The notes beneath the pieces are model-generated. The model did not search any database. It was not told the origin of the DNA and was given only the letters and a program-made list of their open reading frames with translations. A DNA stretch of 63,936 nucleotides, counting the filler, from an uncultured bacterium (GTDB taxonomy: Bacteria; DAOPZR01), in assembly GCA_964637655.1 (NCBI GenBank). It is 6 parts of 6 records of this genome, joined end to end, with 100 filler letters (N's around TTAATTAATTAA, not from the genome) between each part and the next. Parts side by side here need not be neighbours in the genome. Positions count along the whole stretch, not along the records: positions 1 to 11,601 come from CAZWUZ010000107.1; positions 11,702 to 23,293 come from CAZWUZ010000108.1; 4 more parts are not named here. One strand, given 5' to 3'. The position numbers were made by a program, and so were the translations under genes. Of this stretch, positions 10,605 to 20,394 are shown in pieces (position 1 is the first letter of the stretch; each line of letters starts with the position of its first letter).

Positions 10605-11599
10605 TGCGCCACCTCCTCGGCTGCCGCGAAGTGGGCAAGCACCAGTTGCCGGAGCAGCAGTTTCTTGTAGGCGGCAGAGCCCCGGACGTCGTCGATGGGG
10701 GCAACGACATCCGCCACCGCCTGCGCCAGCGCAGGCGGGTCAGGCGGTTTCCCGAGGAAGCGTTCGAGCCCGGCAACGAGCAGCGGGACAGGGGCCACGC
10801 CACCCGCGCTGAGACGCAGGTCGCTGATCTTCCCGTCCTTGTCCAGCGTCAGGCGCAGCGCGCTGTTGACTGTGGCGATATCGAGGTAGACGCGGTTGGA
10901 AACCTTCTCGAAACTGTAACGGGTGCCGGCCGGCAGCAGCGGCACGGCGACTTCCGTGATGACTTCACCGCAGGCAAGGTCGTACTTTTTGTAGCCCCGA
11001 TAGAACTTGTCAAGCGGAAGTGTGCGGGTTTTCCCGTCCTTTGCCGCGATGGTCAGTTGCGCATCGAGCGCCAGCAGGATGATACTCATGTCGCCAATCG
11101 GCGAGGCATTGACGATATTGCCGGTGATGGTTGCCTTGTTGCGCAGGATGGTCGAGGAATGGAGCAGCAGGTCCTGCCGCAGCGCAGGGAAGTGCTGTGC
11201 GGTTTCCGGCGCAAGGCGCAGCTGCTCGAGCGTGACAGCACCGCCGATGCGCAGCATCCCGCCATCGGTGCGGATATAGTCGAGGTCGCGGCGCTGCGAA
11301 AGGAAGCAGAGGTTCTTTTCCAGCAGTTCCTCGGGTTGCTGCACGAAGAGGTCGGTACCGCCGCCAACGAGGATGCCGTCCGTCGCCGGCGCCTTCTTCT
11401 CCTGCGCCTGTTTGAGCAGTTGCGGCACCTGCGCGAACCACGCAGGGAGCACCATTTGGTCAATGAGTGCGGTGACACGCTGCTGCGGGTCGGGGCTGAT
11501 CCCCTGCAATTGGTCACTCAGCGCGCGCGCGGCATTGCGAATGGCGGCGTAGCCGGTGCAGCGGCAGATATTGCCGTCGAGCGCGTCGATGGCATCGGC
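10601..11599 (-). CDS. xdhA: Xanthine dehydrogenase FeS/FAD subunit, 5'-truncated by contig end
   Basis: In-frame DGNICRCTGY upstream of listed ORF, GGGTDL, RNKATITGNIVNASPIGD, PIDDVRGSAAYK; ATGA overlap with xdhB. Confidence 0.9.
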   Translation of the reverse strand, partial: ADAIDALDGNICRCTGYAAIRNAARALSDQLQGISPDPQQRVTALIDQMVLPAWFAQVPQLLKQAQEKKAPATDGILVGGGTDLFVQQPEELLEKNLCFLSQRRDLDYIRTDGGMLRIGGAVTLEQLRLAPETAQHFPALRQDLLLHSSTILRNKATITGNIVNASPIGDMSIILLALDAQLTIAAKDGKTRTLPLDKFYRGYKKYDLACGEVITEVAVPLLPAGTRYSFEKVSNRVYLDIATVNSALRLTLDKDGKISDLRLSAGGVAPVPLLVAGLERFLGKPPDPPALAQAVADVVAPIDDVRGSAAYKKLLLRQLVLAHFAAAEEVAQ

Positions 11600-11601
11600 A
11601 T

Positions 11602-11701
11602 NNNNNNNNNNNNNNNNNNNNNNNNNNNNNNNNNNNNNNNNNNNNTTAATTAATTAANNNNNNNNNNNNNNNNNNNNNNNNNNNNNNNNNNNNNNNNNNN
11701 N
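11602..11701. other. Artificial contig linker
   Basis: N-run, TTAATTAATTAA (stops in six frames), N-run. Confidence 0.99.
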
Positions 11702-11702
11702 C

Positions 11703-13055
11703 AGGATTTTGCTGGTGGATGATGAACAGGAAATCCGGGAAAAAATGCGGATCAATAAAACCAGACTGCGGAAGGGTGTGGAGGAGAGTGAAACGCCGTC
11801 CGGGGCGCTGAACATCCTGCGCGCGGGGAATATCGACGTGGCGGTGTTCGACATCAATTTGCCGGAAATGGACGGGCTGCAGCTGCTGGAAAAGGCGCGG
11901 GCGGAGTTTCCCCGCCTGGAAGTGATCATGATCACCGGCAAGGGTGAACAGGAAAGCGTGCTGCGGGCCATGCGGCTGGGCGCCTTCGACTTCTTTTACA
12001 AGCCGTTTCGTCTGCATGAAATCCAGAATGCTATTGAACGCACCCGCCGCTATATCGAGGTTGCCGGGCAGTTGCAGGACGAACGGGAACGCAACCAGCT
12101 TCTCTCGGGTGAGCTGCGCACGCAGCTGGGATTTGATATTGTCGGCAGAAGTCCGGCCACGCATGAGATCATCAGACTGATCCGGCGGGCGGCCGACTCA
12201 GCAACCGCGGCGGTATTGATCAGCGGGCCGAGCGGTACCGGCAAGGAACTGGTGGCCCGGGCCATCCACTGCGCGAGCAGCAGAAAAGACGGGTATTTCT
12301 GCCCGCTGAACTGCGCGGCGATTCCGGAAAACCTGATTGAAAGCGAACTGTTCGGCCACCGCAAAGGGGCGTTTACCGGCGCGATCAGCGATCGCAAGGG
12401 GTGCCTGGTGGCCGTGTCCGGCGGCACGCTGTTCCTTGACGAAATCGGGGAGATGCCGCTGGCCAGTCAACCACGGCTCCTGCGGGCGCTGGAAGACGGC
12501 AGCGTGCGCCATCTCGGGGAAGATCGCGAAACGACGGTCGACGTCAGGGTCATTTCCGCCACCAACAGCGACCTGGCGCGGCAGGTGGCGGAAAAAAGGT
12601 TCCGTCTCGATCTGTACCATCGGCTGAATGTGTTTGCGATAGATTTGCCGCCGCTCAAGGAGCGGGCGGAGGATATTCCGCTGCTGCTGGACTATTACCT
12701 CGGGTATTTCGCCCGGCGTCTGCGCAAGCCGGCCGGGGTCATTCCGGACAAGGTGCGCAGCGCCCTCATGGCCTATGATTTTCCGGGCAATGTCCGCGAA
12801 CTCAAAAACATGGTGGAACGGGCGATCATGGTGAGCGACGGGACGGAGCTGACGATGGCGCATTTCAACCTGGCGCCGGGTAGCTGCGTGCCGGCGGCAG
12901 CGGCGCCGGCAGAAACCGACCTCAATCTTGACCGGCGGGAGCAGGCGGCGCTCAGCATGGCCATGCGCCAGTCAGGCAATAATCAAACGCAGGCCGCGCT
13001 GCTGCTCGGCATTTCACGCTACGCGCTGCTCCGGAAATTGAAAAAGCATACGTGA
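11703..13055 (+). CDS. Sigma54-dependent response regulator (NtrC family), 5'-truncated
   Basis: Receiver LVDDE...DINLP, GPSGTGKE, GAFTGA, FLDEIG, Fis-type HTH. Confidence 0.93.
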   Translation, partial: RILLVDDEQEIREKMRINKTRLRKGVEESETPSGALNILRAGNIDVAVFDINLPEMDGLQLLEKARAEFPRLEVIMITGKGEQESVLRAMRLGAFDFFYKPFRLHEIQNAIERTRRYIEVAGQLQDERERNQLLSGELRTQLGFDIVGRSPATHEIIRLIRRAADSATAAVLISGPSGTGKELVARAIHCASSRKDGYFCPLNCAAIPENLIESELFGHRKGAFTGAISDRKGCLVAVSGGTLFLDEIGEMPLASQPRLLRALEDGSVRHLGEDRETTVDVRVISATNSDLARQVAEKRFRLDLYHRLNVFAIDLPPLKERAEDIPLLLDYYLGYFARRLRKPAGVIPDKVRSALMAYDFPGNVRELKNMVERAIMVSDGTELTMAHFNLAPGSCVPAAAAPAETDLNLDRREQAALSMAMRQSGNNQTQAALLLGISRYALLRKLKKHT

Positions 13056-13464
13056 CCAATCAGGCCAGCAGTCGCAGTTCATTCTACCCGCAGGCGTAGC
13101 GGCAGTCCGCTGACCCCGCATACCAGATAACAATCTTACCACAGAGCACACGAGCGTTAGCGCACAATCGGCGGCTGTTGTAGCAGGTGACCGCCAATGA
13201 AAATATTATGCATTCGCGTAAGCACGCGGCGCACCATCTGTGCACCATGGCGGCGTTCCGCCGCGCCGCCAGCGGTATCCGGCCCCACCCTATCCCTGCT
13301 GCTACGCATTTTGTGCCCTCACCGCCGGCAGACGGCGGGTTGACGGGCGGCGATGGCAATGGTACACACAGACAGTGGACAGACTGATCCGGCTGACGGC
13401 CGACATCTGCCGGGGTGCCGCATGACCCCCTGCCCGGTACGGGTGCGCAGGGCGTGAACCGCTG

Positions 13465-15165
13465 ATGATCTACCTCGAACTGCTCTACAATTTCGGTGTG
13501 CTCATTGCGCTCAGCGTCATCTCCGGGTTCGCCGGCTCGCGCTGGCGGGAGGGGCGGGGGGCGGCGCTGCTGCAGGGGCTGCTTTTCGGCTGCGCGGCGG
13601 TGATCGGCATGCTGCGCCCGCTGGTCTGGGAGCCCGGGCTGATCTTCGACGGCCGCTCCGTGATGATCTCGCTGGCGGGGCTGTTCTTCGGGCCGCTGGC
13701 GGCGCTGATGGCGGCGGCGATGGCGGCGGTGGTGCGCGTGGCGCAGGGGGGGATCGGCGCCACCATGGGGGTGCTGGTGATCAGCGCCTCCGCCCTCATC
13801 GGGATCCTCTTTCACCGCCGTCGCCCGCCCGTGATCACGGTGCGCCACCTGCTCGCGCTCGGCTTCAGCGTGCATGTCGCCATGCTGCTGCTCATGTTCA
13901 CCATCCCGGGCGGGAAGAGCCTGGCGGTGCTCGACAGCATCGGCCCGCCCGTCGTCACCATTTACCCGCTGATCACCGTGCTCATCGGCTGGGTGCTGGC
14001 GCGGCAGGAGGAGGAACGCCGTCAGGAGCAGGCGCTGCAGGAGAGCAATGCGCTCTACCGCTCGCTGATCGAGACGACCGACACCGGGTTCGTGGTGCTG
14101 CGCGAGAACGACGGGACGGTGCTCGACGCCAACCAGGTCTACGTGGTGATGAGCGGACACCGGCGGCGCGAAGAGATCATCGGGCGGTCCGTGGTGGAGT
14201 GGACCGCCCCGCACGACCGTGAGCGCAATGCGGTCGAGGTGCAAAAATGCCTGACGACCGGCAAGGTGAGCAACCTGGAAATCGACTATGTTCATGCCGA
14301 CGGCACCATCGTCCCGGTCGAGGTCAATGCCAGCGTGGTCGATACCGGTCGCGGCCGCGTCATCCAGACCCTGTGCCGCGACATCAGCGAGCGCAAGGCG
14401 GCGGAGGCGGAACTGCGCAGCAAGAACGCGACGCTGCAGCGGGTCAACGAGGAACTGCTGTCGCTCGACGAGATGAAAACGCGGTTCCTGGCGAATGTGT
14501 CGCACGAACTGCGCACGCCGCTGGTGGCGGTGCGCGGCTATACCGAAATGCTGCTGGAAAACGGGACCGCGGCGCTGAGCGACCAGCAGCAGGAGCACCT
14601 GCGCATCATCCTGCGCAATATCGACCGGCTCACCGCGCTGTTCGACAACCTGTTCGAATTTGCGCGCGGCGAAGCGGGGAGCAGGGCGCTCGACCGCGGC
14701 ATTTTTCCGCTGGCGCCGTTCCTGCAGGACATCAGCGACACGCTGCAGCCGCGCGCCCGCGCGCGCCGCCTGGCGTTGACGCTGCTGCCAGTGCCGCCAG
14801 GACTGACGGTCTATGCCGACCGGCAGCGACTGGGACAGGTGCTGCTCAACCTTGTCGACAACAGTTTGAAATTCACCCCGGAGGGGGGCACAGTAACCCT
14901 GGCGGCACAGGCGGCGGAGGAAGCGGTGCGCATCACCGTGGCGGACACCGGCATCGGGATCAGTGAGACGGACCAGCAGCGGATTTTTGAGCGCTTTTTT
15001 CAGGCGGATGCAACCGTCACCCGTCCCTACAACGGGGCCGGACTCGGGCTGGCCATCGTGCGCGAAATCATCAACCGGCACGGGGGCACCATCACCGTGC
15101 AAAGCCAGCCGGGCGCCGGCGCGACCTTCATCATCACCCTGCCGCCACCAGCGGCAGTTTCCTGA
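13465..15165 (+). CDS. Sensor histidine kinase: 5TMR-LYT, PAS, HisKA, HATPase
   Basis: GLIFDGRSV..SLAGLFFGP, SHELRTPL, NSLKFT, DTGIGI, GAGLGL. Confidence 0.92.
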   Translation: MIYLELLYNFGVLIALSVISGFAGSRWREGRGAALLQGLLFGCAAVIGMLRPLVWEPGLIFDGRSVMISLAGLFFGPLAALMAAAMAAVVRVAQGGIGATMGVLVISASALIGILFHRRRPPVITVRHLLALGFSVHVAMLLLMFTIPGGKSLAVLDSIGPPVVTIYPLITVLIGWVLARQEEERRQEQALQESNALYRSLIETTDTGFVVLRENDGTVLDANQVYVVMSGHRRREEIIGRSVVEWTAPHDRERNAVEVQKCLTTGKVSNLEIDYVHADGTIVPVEVNASVVDTGRGRVIQTLCRDISERKAAEAELRSKNATLQRVNEELLSLDEMKTRFLANVSHELRTPLVAVRGYTEMLLENGTAALSDQQQEHLRIILRNIDRLTALFDNLFEFARGEAGSRALDRGIFPLAPFLQDISDTLQPRARARRLALTLLPVPPGLTVYADRQRLGQVLLNLVDNSLKFTPEGGTVTLAAQAAEEAVRITVADTGIGISETDQQRIFERFFQADATVTRPYNGAGLGLAIVREIINRHGGTITVQSQPGAGATFIITLPPPAAVS

Positions 15166-15174
15166 TTCGACCCG

Positions 15175-16680
15175 CTACCGTTCAAGCAGTTCGTGCAGGG
15201 CGCGCACCTGGTCCGCGGTGCGGCCGTGCGCACGGGCGCGGCGCGCGGCGGCAACCCGGGCGGGTGACGGGAGGCGTCCGGTCAGCGCCTGTGCCGCCGC
15301 GCTGAGCGGGTCGCGACCGGGCCTGGCGCGCAGCAGCGCCGGTACGGAACAGCGGGCGAGCGTCAGGTCACCCGCGAGGGTGCAGGCGATGTTCGCCTGC
15401 GCGAGGCGTTTGAGCACGGCGGGCGGGCAGCGGTAGCCGTCACCGCGGGCAAGGCGCTGCGCTTCGCGTGCCGCGAGGCGGGCGAGGTCGGCACGCTGCG
15501 GGCGGAACCCGAGCTTGTAATAGAACCAGAATGCGCCGGCAGCGATGGCTTCGGGATTGTGGTAACCGACCTGGTAGCGGTCGAGAACGAAGCAGTGCGA
15601 CCCGCAGTGCTGCCGGAGGAACGCCAGCAGGCGGACGAAGGCGTAGGCGGACTCCCCGGCGCGGAATGACGGGAAGAGATTGAAGGCGACCTCGGCACGC
15701 GCGGCGAGCAGCGAGACATCACCATAGCCGCAGGGGATTCCGTTCTTGAGCAGCAGGTAGCCCGTGTGCGCGCGCAGCGGCAGGCGGTGGGCGGGGAGGA
15801 TGCCGAACCAGGCGAGGTGCAGTCCGCGCCCGAGGTCGGCGAGCCGGACATCGTGCGGATCGGCATAATTGAAACCGTGGATTTCACGGTAGCGGGTGAT
15901 GACCGCCGCCATGGCGGCGTCGTGATAGCGTTGCGCCGCGGCGACCGGGAGACGGCGGACGGGAATGCGGGTGCCGGGGAGTTGCTCCGCGAGGGGCTGC
16001 TTGCAGCGCAGCAGCGGGGTGGTGTGGAAAAAGATGCTCCCGGCCGGGAGGAGCGCGCGGGTGCGCGACGCGCTGCTGTCGCGCAGGTCCCAGCGCACGG
16101 GCACCTGCAGCGTGTCGAACAGCGCGCGCAGCGCGGGTGACGGGTCGCGCAGTGCGGGGTGCTGCACCAGCCAGGCGAGGTCGCCGCGCGCGGGCATCCC
16201 CGCCGCGCGCAGCCAGGCGCGCGGGTCGCCCCCCACCTCGACGCTCTCCTCGACCGCGGCCGGGATGATGAACGGCAGCAGCGGGGAGAGACGGTCGGCG
16301 GTGTCACCGTCCCAGTCGATATGCGCCATGCGCGGGTGGCGCGCGGCAAGCCACTGCGCCGCGGCCAGTGTCACGGGACAGTAGACCGCGGTGCGGGCGA
16401 GCCCTTTCTGGTCGAGTATGTCGGCGAAGTCCTCGTGGTCGCGGAGCAGGTCGACCCGACTGCCGAAGCGATTGAGTTCGCGCCGGACGGCGCGGAGCAG
16501 CGCGGGACGGTCCGGACAGGCGCAGAGGAAGCAGAGCAGTTCGTGATAACGGTACAGCAGGGCGGGCGCGGTAAAGCGGGCGCGCGACAGGCGACGCAGC
16601 AGTTCCTGCCGGCGCGCCGCGGCGGTCGGGGAAAAATCGGTTTTCAGCGCTTCGAGACGCTCAAGGTCCTGCAGGCGCAT
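15175..16680 (-). CDS. Hypothetical protein, possible C-terminal GNAT-like fold
   Basis: GGAGG RBS; FRAGES and AFWFYYKLGFRP resemble acetyltransferase motifs. Confidence 0.6.
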   Translation of the reverse strand: MRLQDLERLEALKTDFSPTAAARRQELLRRLSRARFTAPALLYRYHELLCFLCACPDRPALLRAVRRELNRFGSRVDLLRDHEDFADILDQKGLARTAVYCPVTLAAAQWLAARHPRMAHIDWDGDTADRLSPLLPFIIPAAVEESVEVGGDPRAWLRAAGMPARGDLAWLVQHPALRDPSPALRALFDTLQVPVRWDLRDSSASRTRALLPAGSIFFHTTPLLRCKQPLAEQLPGTRIPVRRLPVAAAQRYHDAAMAAVITRYREIHGFNYADPHDVRLADLGRGLHLAWFGILPAHRLPLRAHTGYLLLKNGIPCGYGDVSLLAARAEVAFNLFPSFRAGESAYAFVRLLAFLRQHCGSHCFVLDRYQVGYHNPEAIAAGAFWFYYKLGFRPQRADLARLAAREAQRLARGDGYRCPPAVLKRLAQANIACTLAGDLTLARCSVPALLRARPGRDPLSAAAQALTGRLPSPARVAAARRARAHGRTADQVRALHELLER

Positions 16681-16820
16681 GGCATCCTCCCGGTACGACT
16701 GGTGTGACGGCGGTGAGTATAGCATATCGTTTACGACCGCAGTGCTCCGCGATTAATCGAGGGGATGTGTTCCATGTTCCCCGTGATAAAATGTGAAATA
16801 TCATTTACAATAGCAACCAA

Positions 16821-16881
16821 TTGACATGAAATGGTTTTTGTGGTATAAATTAAAGGTAAGATAAACTAAACAGTTGTTTAG
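16821..16881 (+). promoter_or_regulatory. Sigma70 promoter and probable TetR operator
   Basis: TTGACA-17-TATAAA; palindrome CTAAACA-GT-TGTTTAG at 16866-16881. Confidence 0.75.
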
Positions 16882-16894
16882 CATGGAGGAGCGC

Positions 16895-17542
16895 ATGGGG
16901 ATGCCGCAGCGGAGACAACGGAAAACCGCGGCGCCTGACACCATCATTGCGGTGGCGGCGCAGGAGTTTGCCGAGAAGGGATTCGCCGGCGCGCGTATCG
17001 AAGAGATAGCCCTGCGCGCGGGGATCAACAAGGCGATGCTCTACTACCATATCGGTGACAAGCAGGAACTGCACAGCGCGGTGGTGCTGGCCGTGGTGCG
17101 CCCCGCCATGGAACTGGTGCAGGGGGTAGCGGCACAACCGCAGCCGCCGGAAGAAAAGTTGCGTGCGGTGGTGGCAGCGCTGGCGCGTTATGCCGCTGCC
17201 CACCCCATCATGCCGCGCATCATGCTGCATGAGATCGCCGCGGGCGGTGTCCACCTGCCGGATGAAGTCATCCGCTGCATCGCCGGCATCTTCGGCGCGG
17301 TGAAGCAGGTGCTGGATGAAGGGACGCAGGCCGGCGTGTTCCGCGCGGCGGACCCGCTCTCCACGCATTTCAGCATTGTCGCGGCCACCATGCTCTATGT
17401 CGCCACGGAGCCGATCCGCCAGCGGGTTGGCACCGTGCTGGGCTATCCCGCCCTGGCGCAGCGCCCCGTGGCGGATAACGCCGGGCATATCGTCGGACTG
17501 ATCCTGCACGGCATCAGCGTCGCGAAGGAGAATGCCTCATGA
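16895..17542 (+). CDS. TetR family regulator
   Basis: FAEKGFAGARIEEIALRAGINKAMLYYH; GGAGG RBS. Confidence 0.93.
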   Translation: MGMPQRRQRKTAAPDTIIAVAAQEFAEKGFAGARIEEIALRAGINKAMLYYHIGDKQELHSAVVLAVVRPAMELVQGVAAQPQPPEEKLRAVVAALARYAAAHPIMPRIMLHEIAAGGVHLPDEVIRCIAGIFGAVKQVLDEGTQAGVFRAADPLSTHFSIVAATMLYVATEPIRQRVGTVLGYPALAQRPVADNAGHIVGLILHGISVAKENAS

Positions 17543-18531
17543 AGAAACGCCTGGTCATCCTGCTGCTGGTCGCGCTCGTCGCCGGCGGTGTCTGGTGGCA
17601 GCGACGGCAGGCGGCGCCGCCCGACGGCAGTATCCGCCTGTCGGGGAACATCGAGGTGACCGAGGTCGATGCCTCGTTCCGCCTCGGCGGGCGCATCCTG
17701 CAGGTGCTGGTGGACGAGGGGGAAACGGTGGCAGCGGGGCAGGTCATCGCCACCCTGGACACGGCCGAACTCGAGCACGACGCGGGCATGCGTGCCGCGG
17801 ACGCGGCGGCGAACGCCGCGCAGGTGGCGGAACTGACGCGCGGCAATCTCCCCGAGGAGATCGCCGCGGGTGAAGCGGCGGTGGCGGCGGCGCACGCGGA
17901 AGTGACGCGCCTGACCAGCGACTACGCGCGGCAGCAGGAACTGCTGGCGCGCGACATCATCTCACCGCGGGAATTCGAGGCGACCGAGGCGGCGTACCGC
18001 GCGGCGACGGCGCGGGAGCGCGAGGCGCAGCAGCGACTGGCGCTGCTGCGGCAGGGGCCGCGGCGGGAACGGGTCGCGGCGGCGCAGGCGCGTCACGCGC
18101 AGGCGGGCGCGGCGCTGGCCCTCGCGCGGACGCGGCTTGACTTTGCCACGCTGCTGTCGCCGCTGTCCGGCGTGGTCCTGGCGAAGAAAGCCGAGGCGGG
18201 CGAAGTCATCGCCGCGGGGGTGCCGGTGGTGTCGCTCGCTGACCTGGCGGAGGTCTGGCTGCGCGCCTTTATCAACGAACCGGACCTCGCGCGCGTGCGT
18301 ATCGGGCAGCAGGCGACCGTCAGGGTTGACGGGCTGCCGGGACGGCACTTCGCGGGACGGCTCGACTTCATCGCGGCGCAGGCGGAATTCACTCCGAAGA
18401 CGGTGCAGACGGAGGCGGAGCGGGTGAAACTGGTCTACCGGGTGAAGATCACCCTCGCCAATCCCGACGGCCTGCTCAAGCCGGGGATGCCGGCCGACGC
18501 GCTGCTGGCGGCGGAACCGCAGCGGAACTGA
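17539..18531 (+). CDS. HlyD-family membrane fusion protein (YbhG-like)
   Basis: N-terminal TM, coiled coil, AEFTPKTVQT, LKPGMPAD. Confidence 0.92.
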   Translation: MKKRLVILLLVALVAGGVWWQRRQAAPPDGSIRLSGNIEVTEVDASFRLGGRILQVLVDEGETVAAGQVIATLDTAELEHDAGMRAADAAANAAQVAELTRGNLPEEIAAGEAAVAAAHAEVTRLTSDYARQQELLARDIISPREFEATEAAYRAATAREREAQQRLALLRQGPRRERVAAAQARHAQAGAALALARTRLDFATLLSPLSGVVLAKKAEAGEVIAAGVPVVSLADLAEVWLRAFINEPDLARVRIGQQATVRVDGLPGRHFAGRLDFIAAQAEFTPKTVQTEAERVKLVYRVKITLANPDGLLKPGMPADALLAAEPQRN

Positions 18532-18532
18532 A

Positions 18533-19453
18533 ATGATGATACGGGCGGAGGGGCTGACGCGGCGCTTCGGCGACACGGTCGCGCTCGACGGGCTGACGCT
18601 GTCGGTGCCGGCGGGTGAACTGTTCGCGCTGGTCGGGCCCGACGGCGCGGGCAAGACGACGACCATGCGCCTGCTGACGGGCATCCTCGACCCGGACGCG
18701 GGCGAGGCGTTTGTCGCGGGGAAGCATACCGTGCGCGCGGCGGCGGCGCTCAAGCATGAGCTTGCCTACATGTCGCAGCGTTTCGGCCTCTATCCCGACC
18801 TCACGGTCGAGGAAAACCTGACCTTCTATGCCGACCTGTACGGCGTGACGCGGCGTGAACGGCAGCAGCGGCTGCCGGAACTGCTCGGGTTCTCCAACCT
18901 GACGCCGTTCCGCGCGCGCCCGGCGGGGAAACTTTCGGGCGGCATGAAGCAGAAACTGGGGCTGGCCTGCGCGCTCATCCACACCCCGAAAGTGCTCTTT
19001 CTCGACGAGCCGACCAACGGGGTCGATCCCGTCTCGCGGCGTGATTTCTGGCGCATTCTCTACCGGCTGCTGGCGGAAGGGGTCACGATCTTCGTCTCCA
19101 CCGCCTACCTCGACGAGGCGGATCGCTGTGCGCGCGTCGGCCTGCTGCACCGCGGGAAACTGCTCGCCTGCGGGACGCCGGATGAAGTGAAGCGCCTGCT
19201 GCGCGGCACGCTGTGGGGCGTGCGGGCGGCGAATCCGCGCGCGGCGGCGGCGGCACTGAAGCCGGCGCTGGCGGGCGAGGCGACGGTCGGCCTGTTCGGG
19301 ACGACGGTGCACGTGGTCACCGCGCGCCCCGACGCGCCGGCGGCGATTGCCGCCGCGCTGGCGGCGGCCGGCCTGGCGGTTGACCGCCTCGCGCGCGAGG
19401 AACCGACGCTGGAGGATGTGTTCGTCTCGGTCATCGGGGAGGCGGCGGCGTGA
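18533..19453 (+). CDS. ABC transporter ATPase (YbhF first-half-like)
   Basis: GPDGAGKTT, LSGGMKQ, LDEPT, STAYLDEA. Confidence 0.93.
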   Translation: MMIRAEGLTRRFGDTVALDGLTLSVPAGELFALVGPDGAGKTTTMRLLTGILDPDAGEAFVAGKHTVRAAAALKHELAYMSQRFGLYPDLTVEENLTFYADLYGVTRRERQQRLPELLGFSNLTPFRARPAGKLSGGMKQKLGLACALIHTPKVLFLDEPTNGVDPVSRRDFWRILYRLLAEGVTIFVSTAYLDEADRCARVGLLHRGKLLACGTPDEVKRLLRGTLWGVRAANPRAAAAALKPALAGEATVGLFGTTVHVVTARPDAPAAIAAALAAAGLAVDRLAREEPTLEDVFVSVIGEAAA

Positions 19454-20394
19454 ACGGGACGGCGGTGACGGTGCGTGAACTGACGCGCACCTTCGGCGAT
19501 TTTGTCGCGGTGGACCGGGTCACGCTCGACGTGGCACGGGGTGAAGTGTTCGGCTTCCTCGGGCCCAACGGGGCGGGCAAGTCGACCACCATCCGCATGC
19601 TCTGCGGACTGCTCACCCCCACTGCCGGCGGCGGCACTGTGGCGGGATTCGACCTGCGCCGCGAAGCGGAGCGCATCAAGGAGCATATCGGCTACATGTC
19701 GCAGAAGTTTTCGCTCTACGAGGACCTGACGGTCGAGGAGAACATCGATTTCTACAGCGGCATCTACCGCGTGGCGCGGGAGCAGAAACCGGCGCGCAAG
19801 GAGTGGGTGCTGGCGATGGCGGGGCTGGAGCAGCTGCGCGGCAGCATCACCGGGACGCTTCCCGCCGGGTGGAAGCAGCGCCTGGCGCTGGGGTGCGCGG
19901 TGCTGCACGAGCCGCCGGTGCTCTTCCTTGACGAGCCGACGTCGGGGGTCGATCCCCTGGCCCGGCGCGCCTTCTGGGAGCTGATCTACGCCCTGGCGGA
20001 GCGCGGCACCACGGTCTTCGTGACGACGCACTACATGGACGAGGCGGAATACTGCGACCGCCTCGCGCTCATCTACCGCGGCGAAATGATCGCGCTCGGC
20101 ACGCCCGCGGCGCTCAAGCAGGAAATGCGTGACAGCATCATTGCGGTGACCGGGGAGCGGCCGCAGCTGCTGCTGGCCGCGGCGGAGGGACTGCCCGGGG
20201 TGCAGGAGGCGGCGCTCTTCGGGCGCGGCATCCACGTGGTGACCGCGGACGCGGCGGCGGTGCTCCCCGCGCTGCGCGCGCGGCTGGCGGAGCGCGGCCT
20301 GCCGGCGGCCGTGGCGGTGGTGGAACCGTCGCTCGAAGATGTCTTTGTCATGCGCATCGAGGCGCACGACCGCGACCGGGGGGCGGCGGCATGA
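19450..20394 (+). CDS. ABC transporter ATPase (YbhF second-half-like)
   Basis: GPNGAGKST, LPAGWKQR, LDEPT, TTHYMDEA. Confidence 0.93.
   Translation: MNGTAVTVRELTRTFGDFVAVDRVTLDVARGEVFGFLGPNGAGKSTTIRMLCGLLTPTAGGGTVAGFDLRREAERIKEHIGYMSQKFSLYEDLTVEENIDFYSGIYRVAREQKPARKEWVLAMAGLEQLRGSITGTLPAGWKQRLALGCAVLHEPPVLFLDEPTSGVDPLARRAFWELIYALAERGTTVFVTTHYMDEAEYCDRLALIYRGEMIALGTPAALKQEMRDSIIAVTGERPQLLLAAAEGLPGVQEAALFGRGIHVVTADAAAVLPALRARLAERGLPAAVAVVEPSLEDVFVMRIEAHDRDRGAAA

Noticed and set aside
13056-13464. Sigma54 promoter or sRNA between the NtrC-type gene and the kinase
   Set aside because: No TGGCAC-N5-TTGC or convincing RNA structure found; only a weak sigma70-like site
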